A stretch of DNA of 64,000 bases from positions 35,309-99,308 of the forward strand of contig JBFMBP010000143.1 of assembly GCA_040755155.1 (NCBI GenBank). The letters run 5' to 3'. The position numbers and the translations under genes are program-made. Below are positions 17,893 through 28,800 of this stretch, piece after piece. Each line of letters begins with the position of its first letter. Within the stretch, counting starts at the first letter, position 1. This stretch comes from Candidatus Omnitrophota bacterium (GTDB lineage: Bacteria; Hinthialibacterota; Hinthialibacteria; Hinthialibacterales; Hinthialibacteraceae). The notes under the pieces are model-generated. The model worked only from the letters and a program-made list of their open reading frames with translations. It was not told the DNA's origin and searched no databases.

Positions 17893-20800
17893 ATGACGAA
17901 AAGCCTGTATCGCGTTTTATTCGTTTCTTTTTTCATCGTTTGCGCGTTTTGGGGGCGGATGGGATGGGCGCAGGGAATCGTTCAATACGCCCAGAACGAT
18001 TACGCTTATTTGAAATGGAATACGCAGCGTCCGGATTGGGTTTATAACAATTACGGACCGACGAAGCACATAAAATACGAACTCTATCGGAACGAAAAAC
18101 TTATTAGTACGCTGACGGATAATAAATACGAGTACGTTTATGAAGACAGGGATTTATCGAGCATCGATCTTTCTCAGGATGTCGCTTACAAGGTTATTGA
18201 ATATTTCACTTACCGAAAATATGGATCGGACGTCGATATCGAAGACTCCTACGAACACGCAACGGGAACCATCCCTGTAATAGATCGGCCCGATGGCGAA
18301 GGCAAAATTCGCCCCACGTTCGGATCTTTGCGGGATGGATTATCGACGGCGCTTCCGGCGGGAATGACGGTGATTTCCGGATTGACGATTTATGACGGCG
18401 GCATGACGGCTGAAGGCAATGACCGTCTTGTTTACATACAAATGATGAGTATTTTGGGAGGACTTTTCGAAGCCAGTTACGGCGTGGATTTGCGTTTTAT
18501 TACGAACATGGAAATCCGCGGACGATCCAGCGTCGAGATTCGAGAATGTTCGATGACGGCGAAAGTTCAATCGGCGGGAGATATGCGCCGCATTCAATGT
18601 TTGGAAGCGCAAAAGTTTTATATTATCAAATGCCAACCCCATAACCTTGATTTCAATGTCTTCAATACGGACAACGCGCAATTCCGCATGGACGATACGA
18701 ATTTGGATCCAATCCAGCAGTATGCGGAAAACTGCCGGTTTGCCTTTTCCAATATCCAGCAAATGGCGTTCAGCGGCGATTTGAAGTCGTGTCAAGTTGG
18801 TTTCAACAATGTTCTTCCTTTCATAAACGAACCGGTATTTCAAGGGGGAATGTCCATTCTAGATTGCCGATTCAGCGTATCCAATAGTCCTTCCTTTCGC
18901 GGCGTCGGTGGATTTTTCACGGGATGCAATATGACGATCGATTCCGATGCGAAATTCGAGAACGCCGGTTTTTACGGACCGGGAATGACCATCAATATCG
19001 GTCCTGACAGTTATTCGGAATTCATCAAATGCCAATTCAAATCGACGCAGTGGGGAAATCCCTACGAAAGGCAGACCAACAAATCCAGTGTTTATTTGAA
19101 TTGCCAAAGCGAGAATTTAAGACTGAATGGAAGTTTTTACGGGGGAACGATCGAAGCGAAGAAATTGCGGCTGGACGAAAACTCTGAATTGGACCTTCTG
19201 CAGTCCCAAATTACTGTCGACCGGTTGGAAATCGAGAATTTTCATTCCATCGCCAACGATTTTACCGTTCATCAGGAGTTGACGGGAACCAGCGGCGAGG
19301 TGGTTCGGGGCGTATGGTTCGATGCGCTGAGGACGGGGCCGGAAGAAAGCGAACCTCTATTCGGACCGGAGCCGATCGGAGGCCAATTGCAACTTCGAAT
19401 GCCTGGGAATGCGGCGCTCGACGATTGCAAGTTTACTTGTTCGCAGGTCCAGGCGGAGGGTTCAGGGACATTGGATTTGTCGCTAACGAATTCTTATTTT
19501 TATCGGGGAAATGTACAAATCCAGAAAACGAATTCGGCGACATTGAAGGGGAATACCTTCGACGCCAACGATAGCAACGATGTTTCGATTTGGGATGCGA
19601 ATAGCGTATTCTGCGAGAAGAATCTATTTCGATGCGTTCTTTTTCCGGGGCAGTTGATAACCGATACCATTTATGCGACCGGCTTGATTTTATCCCGGTG
19701 TCAAAACATTGCAGTGGCGGAGAATCATTTCGAGGATTTCGGCGGAGCCAGCCAAATGGCGTTCCGCCTCAGCGCTTGCGCCGGAGAGATTTTGCGCAAT
19801 ACGTTCAAGAATTGTCCCATCAACGGCCTGTACGCCAGTTCCGTCGATTTGAGCAGCATCGGCATTTCTTATCGATCGCCAATTTTGCAAGTTCAAAACA
19901 ATCTGTTGATAAAAAGTTGTGCGCAATTGCTTGGAGTCATCGACTCCCATATAACAAGCAACTCGTTTTATGACGCAACCGAAAAAGCGATTTATGCCTA
20001 TTACTGCAATGATTTACTCATCAACCGGAATTATTTTCAAAATGGAACATCGACGGATATCTACATGGAATATTGTCAAGAAGGAAAGGTGGAACTCAAC
20101 GAAAGCTTCGCCGATAACGCAGGTACAGGTTTAACGATTATCAATAGTAAAACTATGCTTGCCATCGACAACTTGATTACGCGCCATAAAACGGGCGTTA
20201 CTGTGCGCTTGTCGGAAGACGTCCAGATTTTCGGCAACACCATCCGCGACAATAGCCGAATGGGTATTGAAATCGGTTATAGTAACGACGATAAGACCAA
20301 GATGAAAAATGCTCTGATCTACAACAACTGGATCGCCAACGCCGCCTCAGGAGGAGTGAACGCCCAGGCTTACGGAACGAACGTGCTTTGGAATCTATCC
20401 GAGAAAAAGGAAGCCGGGAGCCGCACGGGCGGACCATATCAAGGGGGCAATTATTGGGACGATTATACGGGAGAAGATACAAACGGGGATGGCATCGGCG
20501 ATACGAAAATCCCCTATACGATTCTCACAACGTCGACTAACCGCGTAGAGGATTATATGCCTTTGTTTTTATCGGCGGACTATCCCACGCCGACGCCCTT
20601 GCGCACGCCCACGCCCACGATAACGCCAATATGGTTGGAAGAAGATACCCCGACGCCATACCCCTTTGCAACAGCAACGCCGACAGCGACGCAATACGCC
20701 TTTGCAACGGCGACTCCAACCCCCGTCCCTCTTCCGACGTCTACGCCAAGCGACGTCGTTAGAAGGGTGATTGTTACGGATGACGAAACAAGCGATATCG

Positions 20801-21195
20801 ATCTCAGCAACCAACAAGATTTCGACGCGGCGGACAACCGCGCCTTGTGCATCCGATGGCGCTTCGTTCCGCCATTCGAGGGCGTATTATTTTATAATAT
20901 TTATATTTCTGTGGATGGCGGCGATTATCGAATATTGACGAGAAGTGCTGACGTAGATACTTACTATCTCTGGAAGCCGAAATCGAAGAATCTGGAACCG
21001 TATTTCCAGGATGGACCGCTAGGGCCGCAGTTCGGTAAATCCTATAAATTTTTCGTGGAAGTGATGCAGGGTAGAACCAAAACAGAAATCTTTGCCAATA
21101 AAGGCCCCGTATTGTTCCTGGAAGAGATCGATCCAACTCCCACGCCGACTCCCCCCGGCGGGACGGCCATCGACGATTGGCGAGTATTCGAATAG
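17893..21195 (+). CDS. Large secreted right-handed parallel β-helix (pectate-lyase/NosD-like) repeat protein with a Pro/Thr linker and a C-terminal Ig/FN3-like domain
   Basis: Signal peptide. Repeated NxxFxxN/G motifs and a PbH1-like NTIRDNSRMGIEIGYSNDD…LIYNNWIAN. PTPTPLRTPTPTITP…ATATPTPVPLPTSTPS linker at 20575–20760. Confidence 0.7.
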   Translation: MTKSLYRVLFVSFFIVCAFWGRMGWAQGIVQYAQNDYAYLKWNTQRPDWVYNNYGPTKHIKYELYRNEKLISTLTDNKYEYVYEDRDLSSIDLSQDVAYKVIEYFTYRKYGSDVDIEDSYEHATGTIPVIDRPDGEGKIRPTFGSLRDGLSTALPAGMTVISGLTIYDGGMTAEGNDRLVYIQMMSILGGLFEASYGVDLRFITNMEIRGRSSVEIRECSMTAKVQSAGDMRRIQCLEAQKFYIIKCQPHNLDFNVFNTDNAQFRMDDTNLDPIQQYAENCRFAFSNIQQMAFSGDLKSCQVGFNNVLPFINEPVFQGGMSILDCRFSVSNSPSFRGVGGFFTGCNMTIDSDAKFENAGFYGPGMTINIGPDSYSEFIKCQFKSTQWGNPYERQTNKSSVYLNCQSENLRLNGSFYGGTIEAKKLRLDENSELDLLQSQITVDRLEIENFHSIANDFTVHQELTGTSGEVVRGVWFDALRTGPEESEPLFGPEPIGGQLQLRMPGNAALDDCKFTCSQVQAEGSGTLDLSLTNSYFYRGNVQIQKTNSATLKGNTFDANDSNDVSIWDANSVFCEKNLFRCVLFPGQLITDTIYATGLILSRCQNIAVAENHFEDFGGASQMAFRLSACAGEILRNTFKNCPINGLYASSVDLSSIGISYRSPILQVQNNLLIKSCAQLLGVIDSHITSNSFYDATEKAIYAYYCNDLLINRNYFQNGTSTDIYMEYCQEGKVELNESFADNAGTGLTIINSKTMLAIDNLITRHKTGVTVRLSEDVQIFGNTIRDNSRMGIEIGYSNDDKTKMKNALIYNNWIANAASGGVNAQAYGTNVLWNLSEKKEAGSRTGGPYQGGNYWDDYTGEDTNGDGIGDTKIPYTILTTSTNRVEDYMPLFLSADYPTPTPLRTPTPTITPIWLEEDTPTPYPFATATPTATQYAFATATPTPVPLPTSTPSDVVRRVIVTDDETSDIDLSNQQDFDAADNRALCIRWRFVPPFEGVLFYNIYISVDGGDYRILTRSADVDTYYLWKPKSKNLEPYFQDGPLGPQFGKSYKFFVEVMQGRTKTEIFANKGPVLFLEEIDPTPTPTPPGGTAIDDWRVFE

Positions 21196-21239
21196 AAACG
21201 TAGGATGGGTCGCGTTGTTTGACCCATCAAAATAAAGTA

Positions 21240-21270
21240 GGGTGGGCTAAAAGCGAAGCGTAGCCCACCC
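21240..21270. terminator. Hairpin terminator between convergent genes (gggtgggcta-…-tagcccaccc)
   Basis: Perfect 10-bp inverted repeat with an 11-nt loop immediately after the 17893–21195 stop. Confidence 0.5.
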
Positions 21271-21347
21271 TTGTGAGACTGGGGGACAGTGAGACTTTGA
21301 GACTGTGAGACTGAGTCTCCAAGTCCTAAAGTCCCCCCGTCCCCCCG

Positions 21348-21959
21348 TCAGAAGTTAGGCGGGAAGCTTCCGTTATAAATTTTCCCGTCCACCATCAGGT
21401 TTCTAACGACGCTGGAATCGCCGCCATACCAGAAAATATCGCCGTTGCTCGAAATGCCGTTTGAAGGCTTATAGGTATTGCCGTAACCGTTATTGCGTTG
21501 GATGCCGAAGAAAGGCGTGGCGGAATAAAGGCCGTTTTCGCTGCGGTCGGGGCCGCGGGAGAAGATATTATAGGCGATAATTTTTCTCGATTTTTCATAA
21601 ACGCCCGTCTCGTAAGCGGCTTCGAATTCCTGGCCGTTTAAGCCTTTGATTCTTTCTTGGAACGGATCGTGAGGCACGCTGCTGAGATAGGACACGGGCG
21701 AAGTCAAAAAGAATAGGCCGCAGGACGAACGGACGCGCCTCCCCGTGAAAATGTCGTCTTCCGATTCGGGCGGGTAGGTGTTGTTGTCGATGTTGTACAT
21801 CTCATGCGCCTGGGCGATGGTGCGGATATCGCTGAATACCCGCGAGACTTTGGCGCGTATCTGGGCGTTGAGAAAATTCGGTACGGCGATCGCCGCCAAA
21901 ATTCCTATAATGGCGACGACGATTAACAGCTCAATCAACGTAAAACCTTTTCTCAACAT
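21348..21959 (-). CDS. Prepilin-type N-terminal cleavage/methylation domain protein (type IV pilin-like / H-X9-DG-like)
   Basis: MLRKGFTLIELLIVVAIIGILAAIAVPNF is the canonical class-III signal with G/F cleavage site and E+5. Confidence 0.75.
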   Translation of the reverse strand: MLRKGFTLIELLIVVAIIGILAAIAVPNFLNAQIRAKVSRVFSDIRTIAQAHEMYNIDNNTYPPESEDDIFTGRRVRSSCGLFFLTSPVSYLSSVPHDPFQERIKGLNGQEFEAAYETGVYEKSRKIIAYNIFSRGPDRSENGLYSATPFFGIQRNNGYGNTYKPSNGISSNGDIFWYGGDSSVVRNLMVDGKIYNGSFPPNF

Positions 21960-22003
21960 CGTTATGACCTTTCCAAAAGCAAGCGAATGGATTCAACTCT
22001 ATT

Positions 22004-23397
22004 TTAATCGAAAACATCCCACGGCGAAACCGGAGATTTTACGCTGAGAAGACGGATATTTCCCCAATACGTTTCGTTGCTGTACGCAAATTCGTAGCTC
22101 GCATACAACCATTCCTGAGCGCCCTGATATCCCGGCTCGTTTTCGCCGTCCGAGTCGTTGATGGAGATATCGAATCCGTAGGTTTGATCTTGTTCCAATC
22201 CGCGGGCGGCCATATCCACCTCCGCCTCCACTTGCCATCCGCTCTTGTCGGCTTTTATCTTCGAACGAATCGTCAGCCAATCCGCGTAACCATCTTGATT
22301 GCCTAGGCCGTTATCGGCGCGCAAGGAAATCTGGGGCGCGTCGCTAGTGCTGCGGCTGTTGTCATGATCGATATAAATCTCCGTGCTGTCCTCTTCCCAC
22401 CAGTAAGCTCGGTCGGCGACGACCACAACGTCATCGATAACGTCGATGCTGATATATAACTTCTTTCCGTCGTTTTGCAAGTAAACGGTCGCCGTTAAAT
22501 CTTCCGGCGTTGGCAGGCGCCATTGTCCGTAAAATTGCGCGTGAACGCCGGGCCGCTCCGTCGAACTTCCGTTCCATGTTACATGATTGGCTCCCGCAAT
22601 TTCCGCCGGTTCGATAACCCCGTCGATGTTTACCGCGTTCGCTGTCAGCGGCGCATCGATGAATTTGAAGCCCGATTCGATGGACGACGTACATTCGATG
22701 TCGTCGATATACCACGTTTCCACGCAGCCGCCATTGATTATGGAACCGTCGCTTTTAATTCGGCCATCGGCCAGATTGAAATACCAAAGGTTGCCGCCGG
22801 ACGACAATTTGAGGCTCGTTTCTTCATCGTTAATTATGATTTTGGTACTTGTTCCGTCATCGACAAAGACGAAATGATTCCAATCGTCTTCCTTAATGGC
22901 GGGGCCGTTTACTCCGGCAGGATTGCCGCTGGAGACGAGGCGGAAATTTTGGCTGTTGAATGTCATCTCGACGCCGATGTAGTTTCCCTTAACCAAATCC
23001 GAACCTGGGGAGACGGAAAGATAGATCGTATTGAGCGAGTTGCTCGCAGCCATCCCGCTGAAAAAATCGTAATATACCCAAAGACTGACCGTTCCCACTC
23101 CCCCCGGCAGGACGGTGGGATGATGCGCGCCGATATTTTCCTGAGCGGAAAGGCTGAAAGTCAGCGACCGGTTGAGTTGCTCGTCGTCTCCCGCATCCGG
23201 AGTGTGATTAAAAAATTCCCCCGCCGCAACGCTCGTCGCGAATCCGCTGGAACGTCCTTGTCCTTCCCAATCGAAGGGCGCCCATGAGACCGAATCGGGA
23301 ACGCTGCCATACCAAAAGAAATACGTTTCGTCCGCCGCGCCGGCCCGAATGGCCAATAAGCTAATGAAGCCAAGAGCGAAATAATAATACCTTTTCA
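22004..23397 (-). CDS. Secreted carbohydrate-binding protein (concanavalin-like/LamG-like region plus CBM9/DOMON-like C-terminal domain)
   Basis: The start was moved to the internal MKRYYYFALGFISLLAIRAGA signal peptide, which is preceded by GGAGAG. C-terminal WYIDHDNSRS…YGFDISINDSDGE resembles CBM9. Confidence 0.55.
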
Positions 23398-23713
23398 TCG
23401 TTGACTCTCCTTTTGTTATTTTGTTTTGCGATTTATTGACAATGGCGCCTATGTTTTCCCAATTCTCGGCAAGCATTACGGTTTGAACAAATCATGAATC
23501 TTCATTCGTCTCGAACGATGCGTTTAATTTTCTTATAGAAGCGTTTTTGTTGTAAAGAAAATACGAAAAAGAATAAATCCTTTTGAAGAATGAATGTTTT
23601 CTTAAAAATATTTGTTGCGTTTTTTAATCGAAAAATTACTTTTTCAATTACACGATAACCGATGAGAGGACGTTATTGAAGTATAAATTACAATTTTTCT
23701 TGGAGGTTAAGGA

Positions 23714-24256
23714 ATGAATTACTCGCGTTTAGGCATTGGTTGGTGGATGGTTGCGGCTTTGCTTTTATCGGCGGGGCCGGCCGCTTTGGCTCAGGATGTC
23801 GAATTGCCATTGACCTGGCAAGGCAAAGGGAAAGCCGTTCTTCTGACGGAAGACGAGATTAGCGATTTTGAAATTCATGCAACGATCAAAGTCGATTCCG
23901 ACGGTTGGGTCGAGGGCGAATTTGAGGCGGAAGATGGCAAGGCGGTTATTAAGCGCTTCTATTACGAAACCGCCGTCGATGGCGCGCGCAATCTCGTCAT
24001 TGTTTTGCTGGATCAAAACGAAGAGAATCCGCTCCTGATCCTCTTGAAATCGCGCATCCTTAAGGATCGTCTTCTTTACGGCGAAGTTTATGTGAAGCCG
24101 TTCGAAAAAGAGGGCGAGATCGAAAAGGGACTCAATCTTGGAGAAAATACCGCTCAAGAAATTTACAGCGATTACGTTCCTCCCAGTCTGACCAAGGCTT
24201 TGAAAACCTGCAAGCCGATTGGCGGTTTCGCCCTCAACGGATCGTATGTAAAATAA
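23714..24256 (+). CDS. Secreted hypothetical protein
   Basis: Signal peptide (WWMVAALLLSAGPAALAQ) and a GGAGG RBS. No family recognised. Confidence 0.5.
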   Translation: MNYSRLGIGWWMVAALLLSAGPAALAQDVELPLTWQGKGKAVLLTEDEISDFEIHATIKVDSDGWVEGEFEAEDGKAVIKRFYYETAVDGARNLVIVLLDQNEENPLLILLKSRILKDRLLYGEVYVKPFEKEGEIEKGLNLGENTAQEIYSDYVPPSLTKALKTCKPIGGFALNGSYVK

Positions 24257-24274
24257 TCGTCAGGCCGAAAGATC

Positions 24275-24301
24275 GCCCGTCCGGGTTTTTCCCGGACGGG
24301 C
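24275..24301 (+). terminator. Rho-independent terminator (gcccgtccggg-ttttt-cccggacgggc)
   Basis: 11-bp perfect stem with a U-rich loop, 19 nt after the stop. Confidence 0.6.
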
Positions 24302-24322
24302 TTCCGTTGGAGTGAAAAGACG

Positions 24323-24853
24323 TTGAATGCCGCCGAGGCGATTTATCTGGATCATATCGATCCCATCAAGCAGCGCATGAAATCCTGCATCTATCGCATT
24401 GTGCAGAATCCCGACGACGCAGCCGACGCTTTTCAGGATGCGCTGTTCAAAATCTGGAACTACTTGGAGCGCATCGACCATCATCCCAATCCCCAAGCTT
24501 ATATTCTCAGCATCTGCGTAACGTCGGCGCACGATCTCTTGCGCCAACGCGCGCGCCATACGCGCAACGAAGTTCCTTTGTTAGAGGGCGTTTCCGTCGC
24601 CGCGCCCGCCGGTCATAGGCCGGGTTACGCCGCCGAAATCGTCAACGCCATCCAACAGGCGATCGCTTCCATGTCTCTGCAACAGGCGCAGGCCGTTTTT
24701 CTTCGGCTTTTCGAAGATGAGTCTTATTCGGCGATTGGCGAAGTATTGGGTTGCAAGGAAGAGACGGCGCGCTCCCACGTATCCAAGGGATTGTCGCAGC
24801 TGCGCTCCATTCTCCTCGATAAAAATATTTCTCTCCGCGAGGTTTATTCCTGA
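24323..24853 (+). CDS. RNA polymerase sigma-70 factor, ECF subfamily
   Basis: Region 2 (DAADAFQDALFKIWN) and region 4 (FLRLFEDESYSAIGEVLGCKEETARSHVSKGLSQLR) motifs. Confidence 0.8.
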   Translation: MNAAEAIYLDHIDPIKQRMKSCIYRIVQNPDDAADAFQDALFKIWNYLERIDHHPNPQAYILSICVTSAHDLLRQRARHTRNEVPLLEGVSVAAPAGHRPGYAAEIVNAIQQAIASMSLQQAQAVFLRLFEDESYSAIGEVLGCKEETARSHVSKGLSQLRSILLDKNISLREVYS

Positions 24854-25722
24854 TGGTTCCGCAAAATCCCAATGAGGAAGAATGGAAAAAGATTCTGGAC
24901 GAAACGATGAACGATCCGATTCCGGAAAAACTCGACGAGAGAATGGAAAACGCCATCCGCGCGTTTCGCGGCAATCTGTCCAACCACCCGTATATTCAAT
25001 CCACAAATCGGCGAAAGGAAGAGAACCGTTGGAACATTTGGCTTCATAGCTTGAAGTTAGCGTGGCCGTTGGCGCTGATTCTGATATTCGTGATGACGCT
25101 TCATTCTTTCTTATTCGGCAACAGCAATCCATCGTGGGCCGAAGTGACGAAGCAATTTAAATCCATCCCTTTTGTTCACGCCATCGTCTATGCGAAGGAA
25201 ATGACGTCCGTAAAAGCCATGCAATTTGAAATATGGATGGGCGAAGGCGGCAAAGTCCGAGTGGGATGCGGCCATCAAATCGTTTTCGCCGACAAACGGG
25301 GCATCCAAAAAACCTACGATATCCTCCAACGCCGCGAAGCCGAGGCGGACGATAGCGCCGTTCACGTCGTCAAGTTGCTCAATTCCGCCGAGACCTTTTC
25401 ACTGGAAACGGTCATTCGAACCGTTACTGGCCATAAAGCCGATCTTCGCCCCGTTCCCTCCCGCGTCGAGGGCGTTTCGAACGATCTGCGCATCTTCGAT
25501 CTTGCTCCCGAAAAGTCTTCCGAACGCATCCGCATCTGGACCTTGCGCGAGAGCCTTTTGCCCATTCAATTGCAGCAAAGGAATCTCGAAACGGGCGAAT
25601 CCATCGACGTTTTTTTCTCCTACCTGCAACAACAACCGGATTCGTTTTTCGATCCCCGGCAATTCGAAGCCATCCTGCAAGACGCCTCCAAAGAACCCGC
25701 CGAACTAATCGGAACTTTCTAA
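24853..25722 (+). CDS. Putative anti-sigma factor (single-pass membrane protein)
   Basis: Start overlaps the sigma gene stop (TGATG). One TM helix (LAWPLALILIFVMTLHSFLF). This is the classic position for an anti-sigma gene. No domain recognised. Confidence 0.5.
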   Translation: MVPQNPNEEEWKKILDETMNDPIPEKLDERMENAIRAFRGNLSNHPYIQSTNRRKEENRWNIWLHSLKLAWPLALILIFVMTLHSFLFGNSNPSWAEVTKQFKSIPFVHAIVYAKEMTSVKAMQFEIWMGEGGKVRVGCGHQIVFADKRGIQKTYDILQRREAEADDSAVHVVKLLNSAETFSLETVIRTVTGHKADLRPVPSRVEGVSNDLRIFDLAPEKSSERIRIWTLRESLLPIQLQQRNLETGESIDVFFSYLQQQPDSFFDPRQFEAILQDASKEPAELIGTF

Positions 25723-25881
25723 ACTGGAATCGTCTGACGCCGTCCCGTTAGCGTAAAGAATTTTTATTTAATTTATCCATTAATTGCTAAAATAATATTA
25801 ATTATAAATTATGTTCGAATTTGTTGACGTTATTTCAATCTTGCGTTATTCTTGCATGATATATCCGAGACTTATCGTTAA

Positions 25882-28800
25882 TTGAAATCTACCCTGCTAT
25901 TGGTTTGGGGAAAGAGGGGTTGCATCATGATTGTCTCCCATAGAACAAGCTTATTATTGATTTTATTGGCGTCGATGAGTATCGGCTTCAACCTGAACGC
26001 ATCGTTGGGAGAATCCTTCGCCGTTGTACTCGCGGAGACGCCTACCGAAACTCCAAACGAAGAGCTTACGGCTACGCAGGTACTTATCAATCCAGATGTT
26101 CCAGCGCGCGAACCCATCGCCATTATGGGGATGGGAGTGGTGAACCGAGCGGTTTATTCGCCTGATAGGCGATTCGTCGCCGTCGCCAGCAACGAGGGGG
26201 CTTTTCTCTGGAATGTGGAAAACGACCAGCCCGAACTCGTTTATCAACTCATCCATCATACGGCTAAAGTCAACGATGTCGTCTTTAGCCGCGACGGTGA
26301 AGAATTGATTACCGTCAACGCCGATAAAACCATCAAAATATGGGATGCGGTAACAGGACTCGAAAAGCAAATCCTGACCGGACATCAAGCGGAAATCATA
26401 TGCGCCGCCCTCTCGCCGGATGGGAATTGGTTCCTGACCGGGAGCCTGGATAAAAGCGTGAAATTGTGGGATGCCGAGAGTAAGGATTTGATTTGTACGT
26501 TCGAGGGGCTTCCCGAAGGCATAACGAGTCTGGCCATTGCGCCGGAAGGCAACGAATTTCTAACCGGAGGCCAGGGAGGAAGCATCCAGCGCTGGAATGT
26601 TATTACCCGAAAACAAAGCGGGGAATACTTGACGGAAAGAAAGGATTATGTCCACGGTTTGGCTTATTCGCCGGATGGCGAACAAATCGCCGCTCTGATT
26701 GGGAATCAGGTGATCTATCTATTGAATCGAAAAACGGGAGCAACGATTTATTCGGAGGGTTATAATTACGGCAGTTTTTATGTTATGGCGCCCAAAAGAG
26801 GAAGCGTGGTCTTCTCTCCTGATGGACGTTATCTTTTGAATACGGATAATTCGTACGTATCGCTAGAAAAATATGGATTCTTTAAAGGAATTAATGGTCA
26901 AATAGCGTTAAGAAACAGCAAAACAGGCGAATTAATAAGTAGGGTGATTTGTCATCCTCATTTTATATACTCCGCTTCCTTTTCTCCTGACGGACGCCGC
27001 ATCATTACGGGAAGCTACGATACGACATGCCGAATCATAGATGTGGAATCCTGGCAAGAAATTGGACGTCTTGGCGGACATGCGCAATTTTTCCGGACCT
27101 ATGCCTATTATATAGACGCATTCAAGCCGCGAATCGATTTTTCATCGGATGGGGAAAAGATTATTTCAGCGGCCGCTGATAATTCTGTTATGGTTTGGGA
27201 TGCGCAAACGGGTAAAAAGATAAAATCCTTCGATCGTCATGGCGGAACAGTTTACTGCGCTGTTTTTTCTCATGACGGAAAATATGTAGCGACGGGAGGC
27301 GCGGATTATTACTTGCGGATTTGGAATTATCTAACAGGCGAAGAAACAGTAGCGATGTGGAACGGCTATCGGGTATTTGATTGCGATTTTTCCCAACATG
27401 ATGCCTGGATTGTCGCCAATAAGCGCCTTTGGGATGTGAAATGGGGGCAACTCATTCAGACATACGACGTTCCCGAAACTGTAAATATGTCAAAAATTTC
27501 GAATTCAATGCAATGGATTTTAGCAGGATATCCTAATGGATTACAAATCAATGATTTGTACTCTGGAGAAAAAATTCTTAATTTGGGAAATGGACAATGG
27601 GGAAATGGACAATGGATTAATACTCTTTACGATATCAGCCGTGACGACCGATTTCTCGTTACAAGCGCTTATCTGTCAGAAGCCGACTATGATAATTCAA
27701 AAACATACATATCAATTTGGAATTCGGAAAATGGCGAATGTTTAAAAACATGGACAAAACAAAAAAATATAAGAGTTACATCCATATCATTTTCGCCTGA
27801 TGGGGATTACATTGCTATTGGCAATAATGGCGGAAGTACTTCGGCATGGGTGGAAATTTGGAATTGGAAATCCGATAGAAATTCCCCTGTTTGGAGTTTT
27901 TTGACATTATCCCAAATCACCGAAGCGATCTTTTCGCCGGATGGCAAACGATTGGCGAGTATCGATGATTATGGAAGAATATTTGTATGGTATGTTGGCG
28001 ATATTCTTTTCGAACCCACTCCCCAACCGGGAGAACCTACACGCACTCAGACGCCGATTCCCACCCAAACGCCGACTCTAACTCCGACAGTCACTCCCAC
28101 CTTGTCGCCCACGCCGACTGTTATACCCTCCCGTTCCCTGACTTGGACGGAATTCAGTTCCGATTCGGCGAAAGGCGCTGGTTTGGGACCTGGATCGACT
28201 CCCTATGGTCCTTTAGCGCTAGGATTGAATGGGGATGGAGGTCCAGTGGTAGGATGGAGTGAGCTATTCGATATACCTCATACCTATTTCATCCAATGGG
28301 ATGGAAAAACTTGGCAAGATATGGGAACCAGTTTGAAAGAGGAAAAACATTTATATATGTACATTCGAGTCAACCGCATTACGAAGGATCCTAAAGACAA
28401 TAAGGTGGTCATGTCAGCCTCTAATGGGAAAAGTCAATTGCATAAATTCGATGGTCGAAATTGGGTTGTATGGGACAATTCTGGAAGAGGAGAAAATGAT
28501 GGGAATTGTTTTTTTGCCGATCTGGCGTTTTTGCCCGATCATTCGCCCCTGATATTGTTTAATCATACCTCCTATTATCCTGAATGTATTGAGAAAACGA
28601 ACATCCGTCTGCGTAAATTTGACGGGCAATATTGGCCGGATTTTAATCCTGGCTCTGCCTTCAAAAGCGGTATCGCCGATTGTACGGGAGCAGCTGATTT
28701 GCCTCAGCTGCAAGTAACGCGGGATTGGCGGGTTTACGCCTTGTGGGAGCAGGTTACCGCGGATAGCCGGGCGATCTTTTTGAAAATGTGGAATACTGCC

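Noticed and set aside
27587-27616. Perfect 15-bp tandem direct repeat (ggaaatggacaatgg ×2), a possible CRISPR-like repeat
   Set aside because: There are only two units, no spacers, and it lies inside a coding region, where it encodes GNGQWGNGQW. It is a small in-frame duplication and not a CRISPR array. No CRISPR array was seen anywhere in the window.
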